NCBI GenBank assembly: GCA_021432655.1
Contig: MU271214.1
Span: forward strand, 61,544 to 125,543
From: Atractiella rhizophila
Lineage: Eukaryota
Length of the DNA stretch: 64,000 nt
Direction: 5' to 3'
The first letter of the stretch is position 1; each line of letters starts with the position of its first letter. Below the pieces are notes generated by a model that was not told the origin of the DNA, did not search any database, and worked only from the letters and a program-made list of their open reading frames with translations. A program made the position numbers and the translations under genes. Below, piece by piece: positions 48,560-61,633 of the stretch.

Positions 48560-51500
48560 CTTTCGCAACACTTGGAACACTTTTCGGCCTCAGTTAGCAA
48601 GAGGGGTAGGAAAGGGCCTCCCGAAGGAGATCAGGTGGCAGAGGATCGATTAAAGAATGCTGCAGAATGTGGGACGGTCGCTAAGCATTACGAAACGAGA
48701 GGGAAGGTTCTTAGTGTTGCATTTGTCAATCAGTTCTGCATTGTGATTGAATGAGGTACAGATTTCATGGATCAAGAAGATACAGAACAGAGCATTGACA
48801 GTAGCGATGAAGCTGATAACCCTGGCATTGAGACCATGCATGGTCATAGGAGTGACAGCGAAGATCCTGGCTTTGTGCACATTCTTTCATCCTCAGTTAT
48901 TTCTGGCTTCCAATAATTTCAGCTTTCTGACAGCAAAGGCCTAAGCCAAAAGGACGGACTGCTCAGCCAAAGCAGAGCAATGTAAGTTCCTTCTTCATCA
49001 GTTAGCTTCGTTGATGAATGCCGAATAGAAGAAATACCGAAAGACTGACACTAGTGCTAAAACTATTGATGCTGCTAAAGAGAAGAAGGTAGCCTCTGTC
49101 TTATCACTTCTGACAAGCTGATAGAGAAAATGAGAAGCAGGAGGCTGCTTTACAGAAAATGAAAAGAGCGAAAGCTATTGACACCATTGCCGAACTGAGA
49201 GCAAAATTTGTCTGTATCCCTTCTCATTTCACTATTTTGCAGCTCGCTTCGTCCGTAGATTGTCTCCTCGCCAGAAAACACTCACAATGTCCCAATCGAG
49301 GATGAGGCTGATTCTGTTTCCCAATCCACCATCAACGATCAACCAGGCGATATGTGGTACAATGTTACATTCTCCTCCCAGCCTCATGAACCTCGAAATG
49401 CATATAGGAGTTTCAAGTGATGAACAGATCCTGACTCAGATACTGCTGGCATCCTCATCAACCCTAACCGATTCTCATGTCTTCATATGCATGCTGGACC
49501 TGCTGCAGTATCTGACTCCACCAAGGATGTTGAAGTTCCTTGGGTGCTCAGAATCGCCAATATTTCAGATGGAGTCAATGAGGACGACATCAGGGTGTGT
49601 TTGTTCTCATAAAGTACTTGGATTGTGTTGACATTGGTACAGGCAGCATGCTCACCATTTGGCAGGATACTAGGGATCAGTTTTCATCCACCAGCAGGAA
49701 TTGCCAGAACAGTATCTGTGGATGTCATTTATGCAAAGGAGATGCATGGAAAGTCAGCCATTACACAACTGAAGTATGTCTTTCTTTTGTTTCTCTAGCA
49801 GCGACTTATAATTTGCAGTGGAGAGGAGGAACGTGATCTCAACTGTGCTGCCTGCATGTTCCAAGTCCCCACATCATCTCCATTCCATCTGATTAACCAT
49901 GTACCTCCACCTTCACAGCACCATCTTTGTTGATCTACCGATGTGATATTCAATGTTGGTGCTTCTGCTGCTTCAGCGGCTAGAATGTTGCTGGCTACGA
50001 GTCATACCCAGGCTCTTTGTACACTGACTCCCCAGCCACCTTCACGCTCTTTTATCACTACAATGCGCAACGTGAAGGCAGCCATCTCAGCTTCCAAATT
50101 CCAGCTTGCCCTCTACGCATCCATTCCAATTGCATATAAATGTGCCACTTCCGCCATGAGAAAAAGAAGGCAAAGTTTGGAGGGCAGTTCAGAATGTGAA
50201 GATGATAAGAGGAAGAAAAGGAAGCCATGCATGAAGATGAATGGTGTGTCCGTCTACCTCCCTTTCTCGTCTAACTATAGGTCTCAGAATGGACACCACA
50301 ATCCCAACACATTCTCAAAGAGTTGCAGAGGCAGATGCGGCTAACTATTCTTCTTGAAGATCCATTCATTTCTTCCAACATGGAACGTGTGCGCACTATA
50401 GAAGCATTTAAGGCTTTGCGAGGAGAGTGGGGCTCAATGAGGAACAAATCCGACATGTACGTGTTATCTACTTCCAGCAGAACCTCGCTTACAAGAGGCT
50501 ACAAGCTGATGTCATGGGTAAGTGCCTATAAAGGGCATTTTGCTCGTACTGCCAAACAGCATACCTGTGATTTGTGGAAGAGTTCCTGCTGGTTATGACA
50601 ATGATGATGCGGCTGATGATGCAGATGACATGTACAGGTTGTTTGAGTGGTGGAGGTTCAGGTTCCACTATGGTGATGCAGACTTAGAGAACTACCCCAA
50701 CATCACACCAGACACGGTATTATCTTTGGACTGTATTAATGAATGGTGCTAACCGAATTCCTTCCCAGCTTTCCAAGCCATTCCTTTCCCCTGCCTTCAT
50801 TGAAATGATCCACAAAGCCATCTTCAATCCTCCCGCTTGGTCCGATGCCTGCTGATTGTATGAACTTTGACAATTATCTTCCTCCATCAACTTTGGCTTC
50901 GGTAGGAACTGCAGTGTGCCTTGCATACTCCGTCTGGTAACGCACTGACATGAGCAGGGGCAGGTGTGGCATGAGTTCAGCCATGAGATGAGGTTCTACG
51001 AGGTGTTGGGCACTAAAACGAGCTCTCGAAAAGCAAAGGAAGGTGCGGCGAAGGTTCAATTCACCCCTGAAGCTTACAGCCGCGTTTACAAAGCATTTTT
51101 TCGGCGGACAGACCAGCTCTCCACAGAGACCTTGCGCACTATCTGCAGAGCTGCTAGTAAAGTACTGCTCAAGCGTCTTTAGCATGCTTAAGGTGTTATA
51201 GGTGGACGAGGTCCTTCAGTGAAGTCTTCAGCTCTCCAAACAAAACCTCCTATCTCTCATATGAAAGCTGCTGCTAAGGATGCTGACGATCTCGCAAGCT
51301 GTCTTGGCCTGCCTTTGCGAGCCGCCACCGAGCCTAGCTTCATTGATCCGTCACTCCTGGACGAGGCGGCCAGAGTTCCTGAATACAATTTGGATCTCGA
51401 TCTAGATCAAATGGAGGAAGTGGAACGGATTGCAGGGGATGCAGACATGATCAACTACGGAATGGTGCGAATCGGGCGCCTGTGGCCAAGTGGAGTGTCG

Positions 51501-51572
51501 GCCCAAGATGTGCTGGATAGAATGGAGAGTGGGACGATAGAAGTAGCAGAAGGGCTGAAAAATATCGGATAG
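48560..51572 (+). pseudogene. Unknown decayed multi-exon gene(s), with a Cys/His-rich segment near 49590-49860
   Basis: Successive short ORFs separated by GT-AG introns and stops. Cys cluster RNCQNSICGCHLC...LNCAAC. No family recognised. Confidence 0.3.
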
Positions 51573-52299
51573 TGCACATAGGGAAGACTAAAGGATAGGG
51601 ACAAACGAGATATTTTATGTTATAATTCTATTGCTGGCGTGATACTCGAAGAAAGATTGCACACAGCCAACCTAAATGACACTTGTTGCCTTATGGCCTG
51701 CAGGATAAAAGCAAGGAACACGCACTGAAGGGACTCATTAAGGCTTCTGAGACTGTCAACCTCTTTTTTCAACCCAAGATAAACGGAGTTTCCTGACTTC
51801 ATCAAAGCATGTTCATCCGCCTGTTGAATCTTCAGCCAGTCTCGTTCAGAAAGCTCAGAGAAGGGCTTTCGACTTTGTGGAGGGACTGAAGATCGGGAGG
51901 AAGGTGTACGAGAAACATCACGCCTCTGTGTGTGCCGTGACAGACCAGTTGACGGAGGGAGCATTGTAAGGTGTTCATATGGCTCAACATCAGACTCTGG
52001 CCACAGATTCATCAGATGGATATTATTAGAAGGACTGTGGAAGAAAGGACGGACGGGCTTCATGAATATCCTGAACGGACAAGTCCCCATATCCTTCATT
52101 ATCTGACCAGACATAAAAGCACCTCCTATATCGTCATTGGACTCGTCACAGTTGTAGGAACGTTTTGAAGACATATTAAAGAGGTACTGCCGTAAATTAG
52201 TAAGGAAAAATAGTGAGGAAATATCCAGGTCGTCGTGGAAGAAGAATGAAGTTGACGTACGCACGTGAGTCCCATAATTCCGCGCCATTGAGTCCTTCC

Positions 52300-55200
52300 A
52301 ACTGCTCTAAAGACTCTATCATATATGAAAGAAGGGGACGCTGAAAAATTCGCCGCTGGGATACTGCGCTGACTTGTCGAAAATGAGGAACAGATTTTGT
52401 TGGAGCAATTTTTGTTGGAGTTCAGATCACGTTTTTGCAAAACTGACCACAAACTTATTGCGCAAACGAAACTGTCTTCCCTGCAACAGAAAGGCAACCT
52501 AGAGTCCTACATCATCAAGTTTGAAGAGTTGGCAAATCAGGCAGACTTTGATGATGAGGCGCTCACATTTTTCTTCAAACGGGGCCTCAATCCTACCTTA
52601 CACCTTAAAGTGACACAAGGAGATTTCCCCAAGTCCCTTGAAGAGTGGAAGGAAAAAACGCGGCGAATCGACGCAGAAGAATTCGCGCATTCCAGCTTCT
52701 TTCGGGGCATCTCATCGGCGATGAGTGGAACCCAAAATACACCTTCAGCAAAGAAAGATCACTCAAAATCGACGAAACAGAAAGACAACAGCGGACCGCC
52801 ACTGTACCGACCGAGCGCCGCTTTGTCGCCCATCGCCGCTTCGCAACCTCATGAAGCTAAAGACCCCGATGATATGGAGGTGGACGCAACGAAGTTCAGA
52901 CCGCCTCGTTGTCGAAGATGCCAAAAGATCGGACACAGAGAGAAGGAATGCAAGATGTCCATGAGCAAAGAGCAATACCTTCGTGCACAAGGAGAATATT
53001 TCGACACTCGTCTCGTAGAACAAGAACGACAATCTGCGCAAATCGCCGACCGGTCGCCTAAAACGACCGTCGCTCAATCATCGGATCTGGAGGAGGATTT
53101 TTGAGACGGCGATGGGTGAAAGGAGTGTCCCCGTCGCCGACTTGCAATTCATTTTCGTCATCTAAAATCACTTCCAACAAAGTGCCGATTTGCGCAGATT
53201 TCCCTTCTCCCGAACATGACTCCCCATTTCCAAAATTGCGTTTTCCATCTTGGAGACAAAGATGCGCAGATGTCGCAAAAATGTACGACAAAGTCCACCT
53301 ACGTTCGACAACGGCATCCCTAGTCAGTTCTAAAACGAAACTCAGAACCGCTTTTCATCACCCACATTCCCATCGCCGACAAGCCACATCGGCGCTCATC
53401 GACAGCGGAGCAACCACTTCCTTCATTTCTCCGAAACTCGTTTCTGAATACAACCTACCCGTCACTCAACTCCCTTCCCCAGTGCCCGTTTACAATATCG
53501 ACGGATCCCACAATCAGGGGGGTTCCATCCATTCTGTCGCTTATTTACCCATTTCGATCGCCGCCCATCACGAAGTTTGGCAATTCGCTGTGGCGGAGTT
53601 GGGGACAGTCGACATGATTCTGGGTCATGACTGGCTAAGACACCACAACCCAGAGATTAACTGGGCATCAGGGAAAGTCGAGTTCTCTCGTTGCCCCACC
53701 GGTTGCAATGCGGTTGATGTGTCTACCACACGTGACCAACTTCCATCGTCCTCTGCCTCAATACGTGCCGCCATGACAAAATCGCAGAAACTGGTGAAAG
53801 ACGCAGCGGCAATGAGACCAAAAAGCGTTGTCGAAATACCGACGCAAATCGCCGATTTTGCAGACATTTTCGACGACGAAAAATTCAAAACCTCGCTTCC
53901 TCCTCGACGACCTTGGGACCATGCCATCAACCTCAAACCAGAAGCTCAACCATATGCTGGTCCCATCTACCCCTTGAAAAGAGACGAACAAGCGGCGCTC
54001 GACCAATTCATTGACGCTGAACTGAGCGCCGGTCGTATACGTCCTAGCACAGGTGAACATGGTGCTTCCGTCTTTTTACACACAAAAAAAGACTCACCCG
54101 AACTTCGTCCCCTTTTCGACTATCGTAAGTTGAATGAAGCTACAATCAAGGACAAAACTCCACTCCCTATCCAAGCTGACCTCTTCTCCATGGTCTCTGG
54201 TAAGAAATTTTTTAGCAAGATTGACCTGAGAAAGGGTTTCAACAACGTTCGCATCAAAGAAGGAGACGAACACAAAGCGGCGTTTCGCACAAATCGCGGA
54301 CTTTTCGAACCATTGGTGATGTATTTCGGTCTCTGCAACTCACCGGTGACTTTTCAGGCCTTCCTGAACTCTATTTTTCGCGCGATGATCGCCGCTGCGT
54401 TCATCTTCATATACATCGACGACATCCTCATTGTGACAGAGACTGAAGAAGAACATTGGGAACGTGTTCGACAAGTTTGTGAAATTTTGCGCGAAAATGG
54501 TCTTTACGTAAATTTACAGAAATGCGTTTGGTGTCAAGAAGAGGTGGAGTATCTAGGCTTGATCATTTCCAGCAGAGGGATCGAACCAGATCCAGTGAAA
54601 GTTGCAGGAGTGATGGATTGGCCAGAACCAAAAAACATGAAGGAGGTCCAAATGTTCCTCGGTTTCGCTAATTTCTATCGCCGCTTTTGCGACAGATTCA
54701 GTCACATCGCACGACCTTTATACGAACTGACGAAAATGGAGGTTTCCTGGGTCTGGGGGGTAGATCAACAACGTTCATTCGCCACTTTGAAACAACTCAT
54801 GACTTCGCCACTCATCTTGGCGCATCCTGAACAAATAGGACGGTTTTTGCTCGAAGTCGACGCGTCAAAATTCGCGACAGGCGCCGTTTTGTCGCAAATG
54901 AAGCCAGATGGGAAGTTTCATCCTCTCGGTTTCATGTCAAAATCGCTTGACGCTGCCCAGAGGAACTATGACACCTACGACAAAGAAATGCTCGCGATTA
55001 TGTGTGGACTGCAAGGATGGAGACACCTTCTTCAAGGTACTGATGAGCCATTTCTGATCTTGACCGATCACAAAAATCTTGAGTATTTCAGAATGCCACA
55101 AAAGTTGAATCGGCGACAGGCACGCTGGATCACTGAACTTGCATCTTTCAATTTCACTCTATTACACCATCCTGGACGAAACTCCGCAAAACCAGATGCG

Positions 55201-55915
55201 CTCAGTCGGTGACCGGATCACAAACCGGCGACTTGCGACAACTTTGACGTAGTATTACTCCCAGAACGTTTTTTCAACACGGATCGTATCACGATCAACG
55301 CGACTGGGAGCGCGGTTGCGCTCACAAGACAAATGTCGGAGTTGAGTATACTGGAATGCGTGAAAAAGGTACCTGAACAGGAAGAACAAGTAGTCAAAGC
55401 CTTGAGAGAGATCCTAGACGAACCAGTCGACGCAATTCGCCGACGGGAGTGGCAAGAAGTCGATGGCGCTGTCTATTTTCGTGGAAAACTCTACATTCCC
55501 CGTGACGACGAAATTCGCCGCTCGATTTTGCAAGACCTGCACAATTCGCAAATCGCCGGTCATCCAGGTGTAAAATCGACAACAGCTCTCGTAAAAAGGT
55601 ACTACTGGTGGCCAGGTTTGGCCCATTACGTTCGCCGCTATGTCAGCGCCTGTCACACTTGCCACAGAACAAAAAACTTTCCTTCCCCACCTGTCGGGTT
55701 TTTGCAACCAAATGACATTCCCACGCGTCGATGGCAAATTATCAGCATGGACTTGGTTGGACCACTCCCAGAATCTGTGGGGTTTGACATGATTTTCGTC
55801 ATAGTAGACAGACTCTCAAAACGCACCCATCTCATCCCCACCCATTCGACGATGGATGCAGAAGGCCTTGCAAGACTTTTTCGCGATCACGTATGGAAGT
55901 TACATGGACTTTTCG
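52300..55915 (+). mobile_element. Ty3/Gypsy (Tf2-like) retrotransposon internal region, both ends truncated
   Basis: Gag with CRRCQKIGHREKEC knuckle; pol in -1 frame: ALIDSGAT, DYRKLN, IDLRKGF, YIDDILI, RNase H DASKFATGAVL...TDHKNL, integrase H..GHPG...CHTC...ISMDLVGPLP. One TGA at 55210-55212. Breaks off after KLHGL. Confidence 0.95.
53095..53139 (+). promoter_or_regulatory. Programmed -1 ribosomal frameshift signal (G GAT TTT + stem-loop)
   Basis: Slippery heptamer 53095-53101 in gag frame directly before the gag TGA; 5-nt spacer; 10-bp stem CGGCGATGGG (53107-53116) / CCCGTCGCCG (53130-53139). A -1 shift enters the pol frame. Confidence 0.8.
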
Positions 55916-57170
55916 ATGTTGCAATTTTCGACAAGTTCATAATGTCATGGAGGAAGAGAAATACGAGTATACTCCATTAACCCACGAACAAATTATCTCC
56001 CTTGAGCTTTTCATCATTTGCCATGGACCTGCCGCTGGAGACTTGTATGAGGATCTTCGTGCCTGGGTGGAGGAACGATTCAAGACAAATACACTTTCCC
56101 TCGATCGAATAAAGTGTTGCATCAAGGAGAAAAGTCATATAATGCCAGAGGCATTTGACATGTGTCCGAACTCTTGCATTGCGTATACTGGCAAATGGTC
56201 TGAACTCACCGAATGCCCAAAATGTCACCTATCACGCTATCGAAAAGCAACGTAAAACCAGGAGGCAAGCGCAAGAAGAAGGTTTCTAGACAACAGTATT
56301 TCATGGTTCCATTTGAAGCTCCCCTCAAGGCTCGCTGGGCCACCGAAGAAGGAGCGTCTACTTCAAAGCATAGGGCCACACGGACGAAGGACCTTCTCAA
56401 AAAGTGTCCCCAAGATGGGATGCTACTGTCAGGTTTGCATCTTATGCAAATCAGCGCCCGTTCGCCGGATTGCGTCTCCTATCGCCCATTTGCGTTCCCT
56501 GCGAATCGGCGCCCGTTCGCCACTGCGTCTCCCGTCGCCCATTTGCACCTACATCACCACTTAGCCCAATTGTGCCTATCCTCCTCTTATTAACTCCGTG
56601 TAATCCCACTGTCACGTCCCCTTTTAGTTCTCTTACATGTTTCATCTGCTGTCCTCTACGCTTTGTGGCAGTGTTATTCCGCTTGTACATATAGATCAGA
56701 GAGTTTGACCTTAGAGTATTCTCTTAGGTTTATCTCCACTACAGACGCATCGCCTATCGGCGACCGCACATAGTGTCAGCCCTAACAAGTTCGCACACGA
56801 TGGAAAGAGCTCGAGCGGCCTATCAATGAAGTACGCATCAGTCGGAATATTATGTATCTACGACAAACCGTACCCTGGCTCGGAACAATGGGGCCCATGC
56901 AAATTGAAATGCAATATGGTGAGGTATGCTTTTTCTTGGAAGTTTCACTGGCTTCGAGCGTACATCACCCTGGCACTCATTCGACCGTACGGCGATTACG
57001 AGCAGCGCGACATCCACTCTGTTATTCTGAGCTGCAAGCCAGCTGTTGAAGGTTCCCTCGCTGTCATTTCCGTGAAAGATATCAAGGAAGTTGTTGCTGT
57101 AATTCCTAGACCATGGTTCGGTGACTGCTTCATTGTTCATAAACTGGGTTTGGATGTAGATAGTGATTAA
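55915..57170 (+). pseudogene. Second CACTA/Tnp2-type transposase relic (N- and C-terminal pieces only)
   Basis: AFDMCPNSCIAYTGKWSELTECPKCHLSRY and QYFMVPFEAPLKARW before the LTR; ALIRPY...LAVISVKDIKEVVAVIP after it. Confidence 0.72.
56427..56787. repeat. Solo LTR (family A), 361 bp, no target-site duplication
   Basis: TGTCAGG...CCTAACA; reverse-complement homologue of 24775-25128. Flanks GCTAC and AGTTC do not match. Confidence 0.88.
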
Positions 57171-58734
57171 ATGGATCTCCTCTATATCACATCACTTCTT
57201 TGCATTCCCATCCGAGGTAAGGAAAAGTTTCTGAGCAGACAAGAATCTCTGTGGACGTGAGGAGGAGGCGGTGCGGCAAGATGAGGAGGCAGAGCAAACT
57301 GGCAGATGATGCAAGCGGGTGCCGTGGCCAAACGTGAACGAGAGATCGTAAGAGGTCTATATCGGCAAACAACATAGGTCAGAGGCTAGCAAATAGAATG
57401 GAGGACACCTACCTTAACAGGAAGCTGTGCCATTCCAATACTATATCTGGACCACAACGGACATAGTATCGTGATGATCCAGCTGAAAGGGCTTTGTCAG
57501 TGAACTGGATCAATGTCCAAGATGTCCTACTCACAGCTGCAGCAGAGTACTATTGGCAGAAAGAGAAAGACTTACTGAGTTTATGCAAGCGAAGCTCAAA
57601 TATTACCGGAAACCATTGTGAGACCAGAGTTCTACTTGGCTGCAAAGTCTCTGAAGGCTGTTATCGAACGCGATGCGGAGCTGATTAGTACCACTGATAA
57701 AAAATGACATCGTTGAAACTCAATTGACAGATTGCGAAAAGCCTTCGACGAGGGAATCAGTGAAAGAAGTCCAAAGCGTTGGCGATGGAAGCGTACTGGA
57801 GAACGACTAACCCCCTCCTCCCTGCGCTCAACAACAGAGAAGCTCACATTAGCATTGATTTCTTGCCAGCCCCTTTCAGCCCCCAGAAATTCCTAATTAT
57901 CCCAACTTTTCCCAACTGAGCCAGAGCTGAACTTGCTTTGCTGCAGGCGTTGCTGTGTCAGTCGAAAAATGCGGAAATTTCGTAGATATTTGTCCGCATT
58001 TGTTGCACAATCGAGGAAAGTGTGGGAAATTCAGGAAAGGACTTTTGACAGGGCTTTAGCAAGGGTGCTCGTAAGCAGAGCCTCCAAGACACTCCGAAGG
58101 GAGGCTCACATTTCGTTGGGCTGGGGAACACTTCCACGAATCAAGCAACCAACTTGAATCGACAACCAGGGTCCCTCGCAAGCGGCTGAGCTCTCGCGAT
58201 TAGGCAGTTTATAGGAGGAACTCAGCCGATAGTTTAGGCGGCTACGCCAGTTAGGAGGAGAGATTTGGAGTCAACTGGACAACAGGCACATTTGCTGATC
58301 ATTATTCGTTTGTGGCTTTCCTGCAAGTATAGGTGAGCTTTATATCTTTGAAGGTTGGGAGTTGGTTTTGTAAACCATTACTACATTTTGTCTCTTTGTC
58401 GCGCTTCTGCCTTGGTTACCTGTGCAGCGCTCAGATAGAAGTGAGCAGCCCAGCTCCACAAACCTAATCCCAGCAGACTGCAATTGTTTTCAAACGAAGC
58501 GAATGACAAGACATGCACGCAAACGAGAAATCTCGCTCTTTAGGCTGTGCGCTTCCATGCAGACAGAAACTTTTCAGCCTTCTACATGAATCCGAAAAGC
58601 CGTGATATTGACCCTGATTAAAATATTTCTCGTCTACTCTTTCCCTGATACATGTGGAAGTGAGAGGATCAGCAGTTTGTGGCAAGTTCATTAACTGACA
58701 AACTTATTTTACCGTCATATTACAGTCATTCAAC

Positions 58735-61272
58735 ATGTCCGTCCCCCTTCGCCCCATCCGGACCTCCTCATCCTCTGGCGCGGCATACTCCTCTCTCCCT
58801 TCCACTTCAACCTCCTCCCTCCCCCTCCACCATTCTCAAGGACATACGAGACGGCGCTCTATCGAACAACAACAAGATCAACTGACTGAAATCATCATGG
58901 GTACTGGCGGGAACGAAGGGGAGGATGGAGAGGACGACGAGTTTGAAGACATATTGTTGGATGGAGACGACGATGACTGGTTAGGTCGAATGCGCAAACG
59001 GCTCTTCCCTCCACTCTCTCCCAGGAGAGCATCAGGCTGGAAATCAATGCGGGTTGGAGAAGCGGAGGGTGAGGGGAGATTGAAGAAATCGTGGAAGAAG
59101 GTCTGGACGGCGCTTGGCGCTTTTTTCGAGAAACATTGGTGGAAATTCGTACCTCTCTTCCTCCTTGCAGTCATCGCTTTCCCTTTCATACTATCCGATC
59201 CTCAACCCTCCAAAGCGGCGTCAGATTCAGACGATGCGAACTTAGAAGCCGAAAACCCACCTTCGAAAGTCGTCTTCAATCCAGAATCGTACCTTGATAC
59301 GCCACTACATGAAGATCTTCAACGGCCATGGGACTTTGGAAAGGATTTAATACGGGGTGTGAACCTCGGAGGATGGTTGGTTCTCGAGCCTTTCATCTCC
59401 CCCGGACTATTCGATCCAACGATTGCAGACGAATGGGTGCTATCCACAAAGCTAAGGAAAGAGGGGAAACTATCGTACGACTTTCATTTTCCGGGTTGAT
59501 TACAGCGTTGATGAGATTGAGGAAGGACGATTTCGAACCATTATGCAACTTTCATAACCAGGGGCGATTTTGTGCAAATCAAAGAGGCAGGTCTCAATTG
59601 GGTTCGTATACCGATCCCATATTGGGCGTTGGGGGATATTTGGGATGTGGAAGAGGAGCCTTATTTGGTGGGAGAGAGTTGGGAGTATTTCCTGCGCGCT
59701 GTAGGGTGGGCAAGGGAGTTGTGCGTCCGTCCAAGCTCGTGGTCAACAGACTCTGATGATGCCGGCGCCGTACAGGGGACTTCGAATATGTCTTGACCTC
59801 CACTCGGTACCTGGGAGTGCAAATGGCTGGAACCACGGAGGCCGTGTTAGTTCCACCTGTTGTTATAGACGAAGGGAGTTTAATCAAGGGTGAAGAAAGA
59901 CAGGCTCCATCAACTTTCTCCACGGCCAGATGGGTGTCGTTAACGCCCAACGAGCGCTCAATTACATCCGTGCGCTTGTCGAATGGGCTTCTAGAGATGG
60001 AAATAAAGAGGTTGTCCCTATGGTGGAACTTGTTAATGAGATCTTCAAGAATATAGTGGGAGATGAGGAGGTGCGGCACTTGTACGTCCCGTCTCTCCTT
60101 CGCTCTAAGATGTAATGAACCCGACACTGATGTTTTCACGTTCAAGCTATACAGAGGCGTACCGACTCGTTCGCCAGATCACAGGTGTGGGAGGAGGACC
60201 AGTAGTTGCAATGCACGACGGATTCAGAAGCGGACAAAAACAATGGAAGCTTTTCCTGGAGGGGAATGATCGTGCGTTCTCCCTCTTCTGCTCTGCGACG
60301 ACCTAATCATCCTGGCGGTGTCCTAGGCATTGCATTGGACAGTCACTCCTACCTGACCTTTGGAAAAGCGCCAGTGAACGACTCCCTTGACATTCAGGCT
60401 TCAAGAGCTTGCGAAAAGTATGGAGTAGCTTACAATGACTCGATGAGAGATTTCGGGTTTTCGTTCTGTGGAGAGTGGAGTCTTGCGGTCAATGACTGTG
60501 GGATGGCACGCCTTCTTGTCCAATTTCATCAACCCACCGCTAATCCTACTGAGATAGTACCTGAATGGCGTCACTCAGGGTGCGCGGTATGAAGGCAGTT
60601 ATGCCTATGGGAATGAAGAGTCGTACGATCCCATAGGGAGCTGTAAAGAGTGGAACGAGTATTGGAACTGGTCTCCTGAGCGGAGACAAGGCTTGAAACA
60701 GGTAGCACAAGCGTTCATGTCGAGCACCAGGGTGCGCTGTTCTTTGGCTCCTCTTGCTCTCAGGAGCTGAAAGTCGGTGGGAACAGAACTTCTTCTTCTG
60801 GACTTGGAAAATAGGTCCAAAGAAGGATGGCGAGCACCCCCCGAATCCATTCTGGTCGTATTCTCTGGGTCTCGAATACGACTACGTGCCCACGTTCACA
60901 ACCCCACAATCGATAGAAGAGACGAATCATTTCTGCGACAGCAAGTTCCCAGGATCCACACGGTCATATTGGGATGGCGTTATGCGAATTGGGGATGGCA
61001 CAGTAGATCCAAAACAACTGAACCAATACGGTCAATGGCCTCCAGCAACGCTCGCTGGTTTGCGGACAGACCATCTACCCACTTTGGTCAAAGGAGGAAA
61101 ACCTCTTATTCTGAGACCATTAAGAGATGTTCAGGATGATGGCGAGTGGTACGAACGTAAAGCGGGGTGCGAGGCAAGCTATAAAGGTATTTGGGCAGGT
61201 GTGATGGAGGAAGTGGACGGGGATTGGTGTAGGAAGAATTTGTGGTCGTCTAGGATAATATTTCGCCTGTGA
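58735..61272 (+). CDS. Glycoside hydrolase family 5 exo-1,3-beta-glucanase, type II membrane-anchored, multi-exon
   Basis: Single TM segment ([16 protein letters not shown]), [44 protein letters not shown], acid/base ELVNE, nucleophile [14 protein letters not shown]. Confidence 0.92.
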
Positions 61273-61633
61273 AAAGCATTACATTTCCCGACACAATAGT
61301 TTTCGAGCTCAGATGTGTCCCTCAACAATCCAAGGTGAAAATTTTGACATGTACTGTTGATTTCACAGAGATACGCTATATCACAGTAAATACAGCAAAA
61401 GTGGAAATAGAAGGCGGATTTCTCATTGCGGTTAGGTAACATGCCACGAGCTATCGTATGGGCATGCGGATGTTTTTTTTCTACTTTACTCAATAAAGCT
61501 TCAGTAGAAGTTTCATGGTCTCCTGAAATAGCTCGCTATTCTACCCTATAGTAAACTCTAACCAAATGGTGACACCAGACGCCTTCCATAAACTACCCTG
61601 TACCCATCAAGCCCATCTAGATGCATGAGAAGT

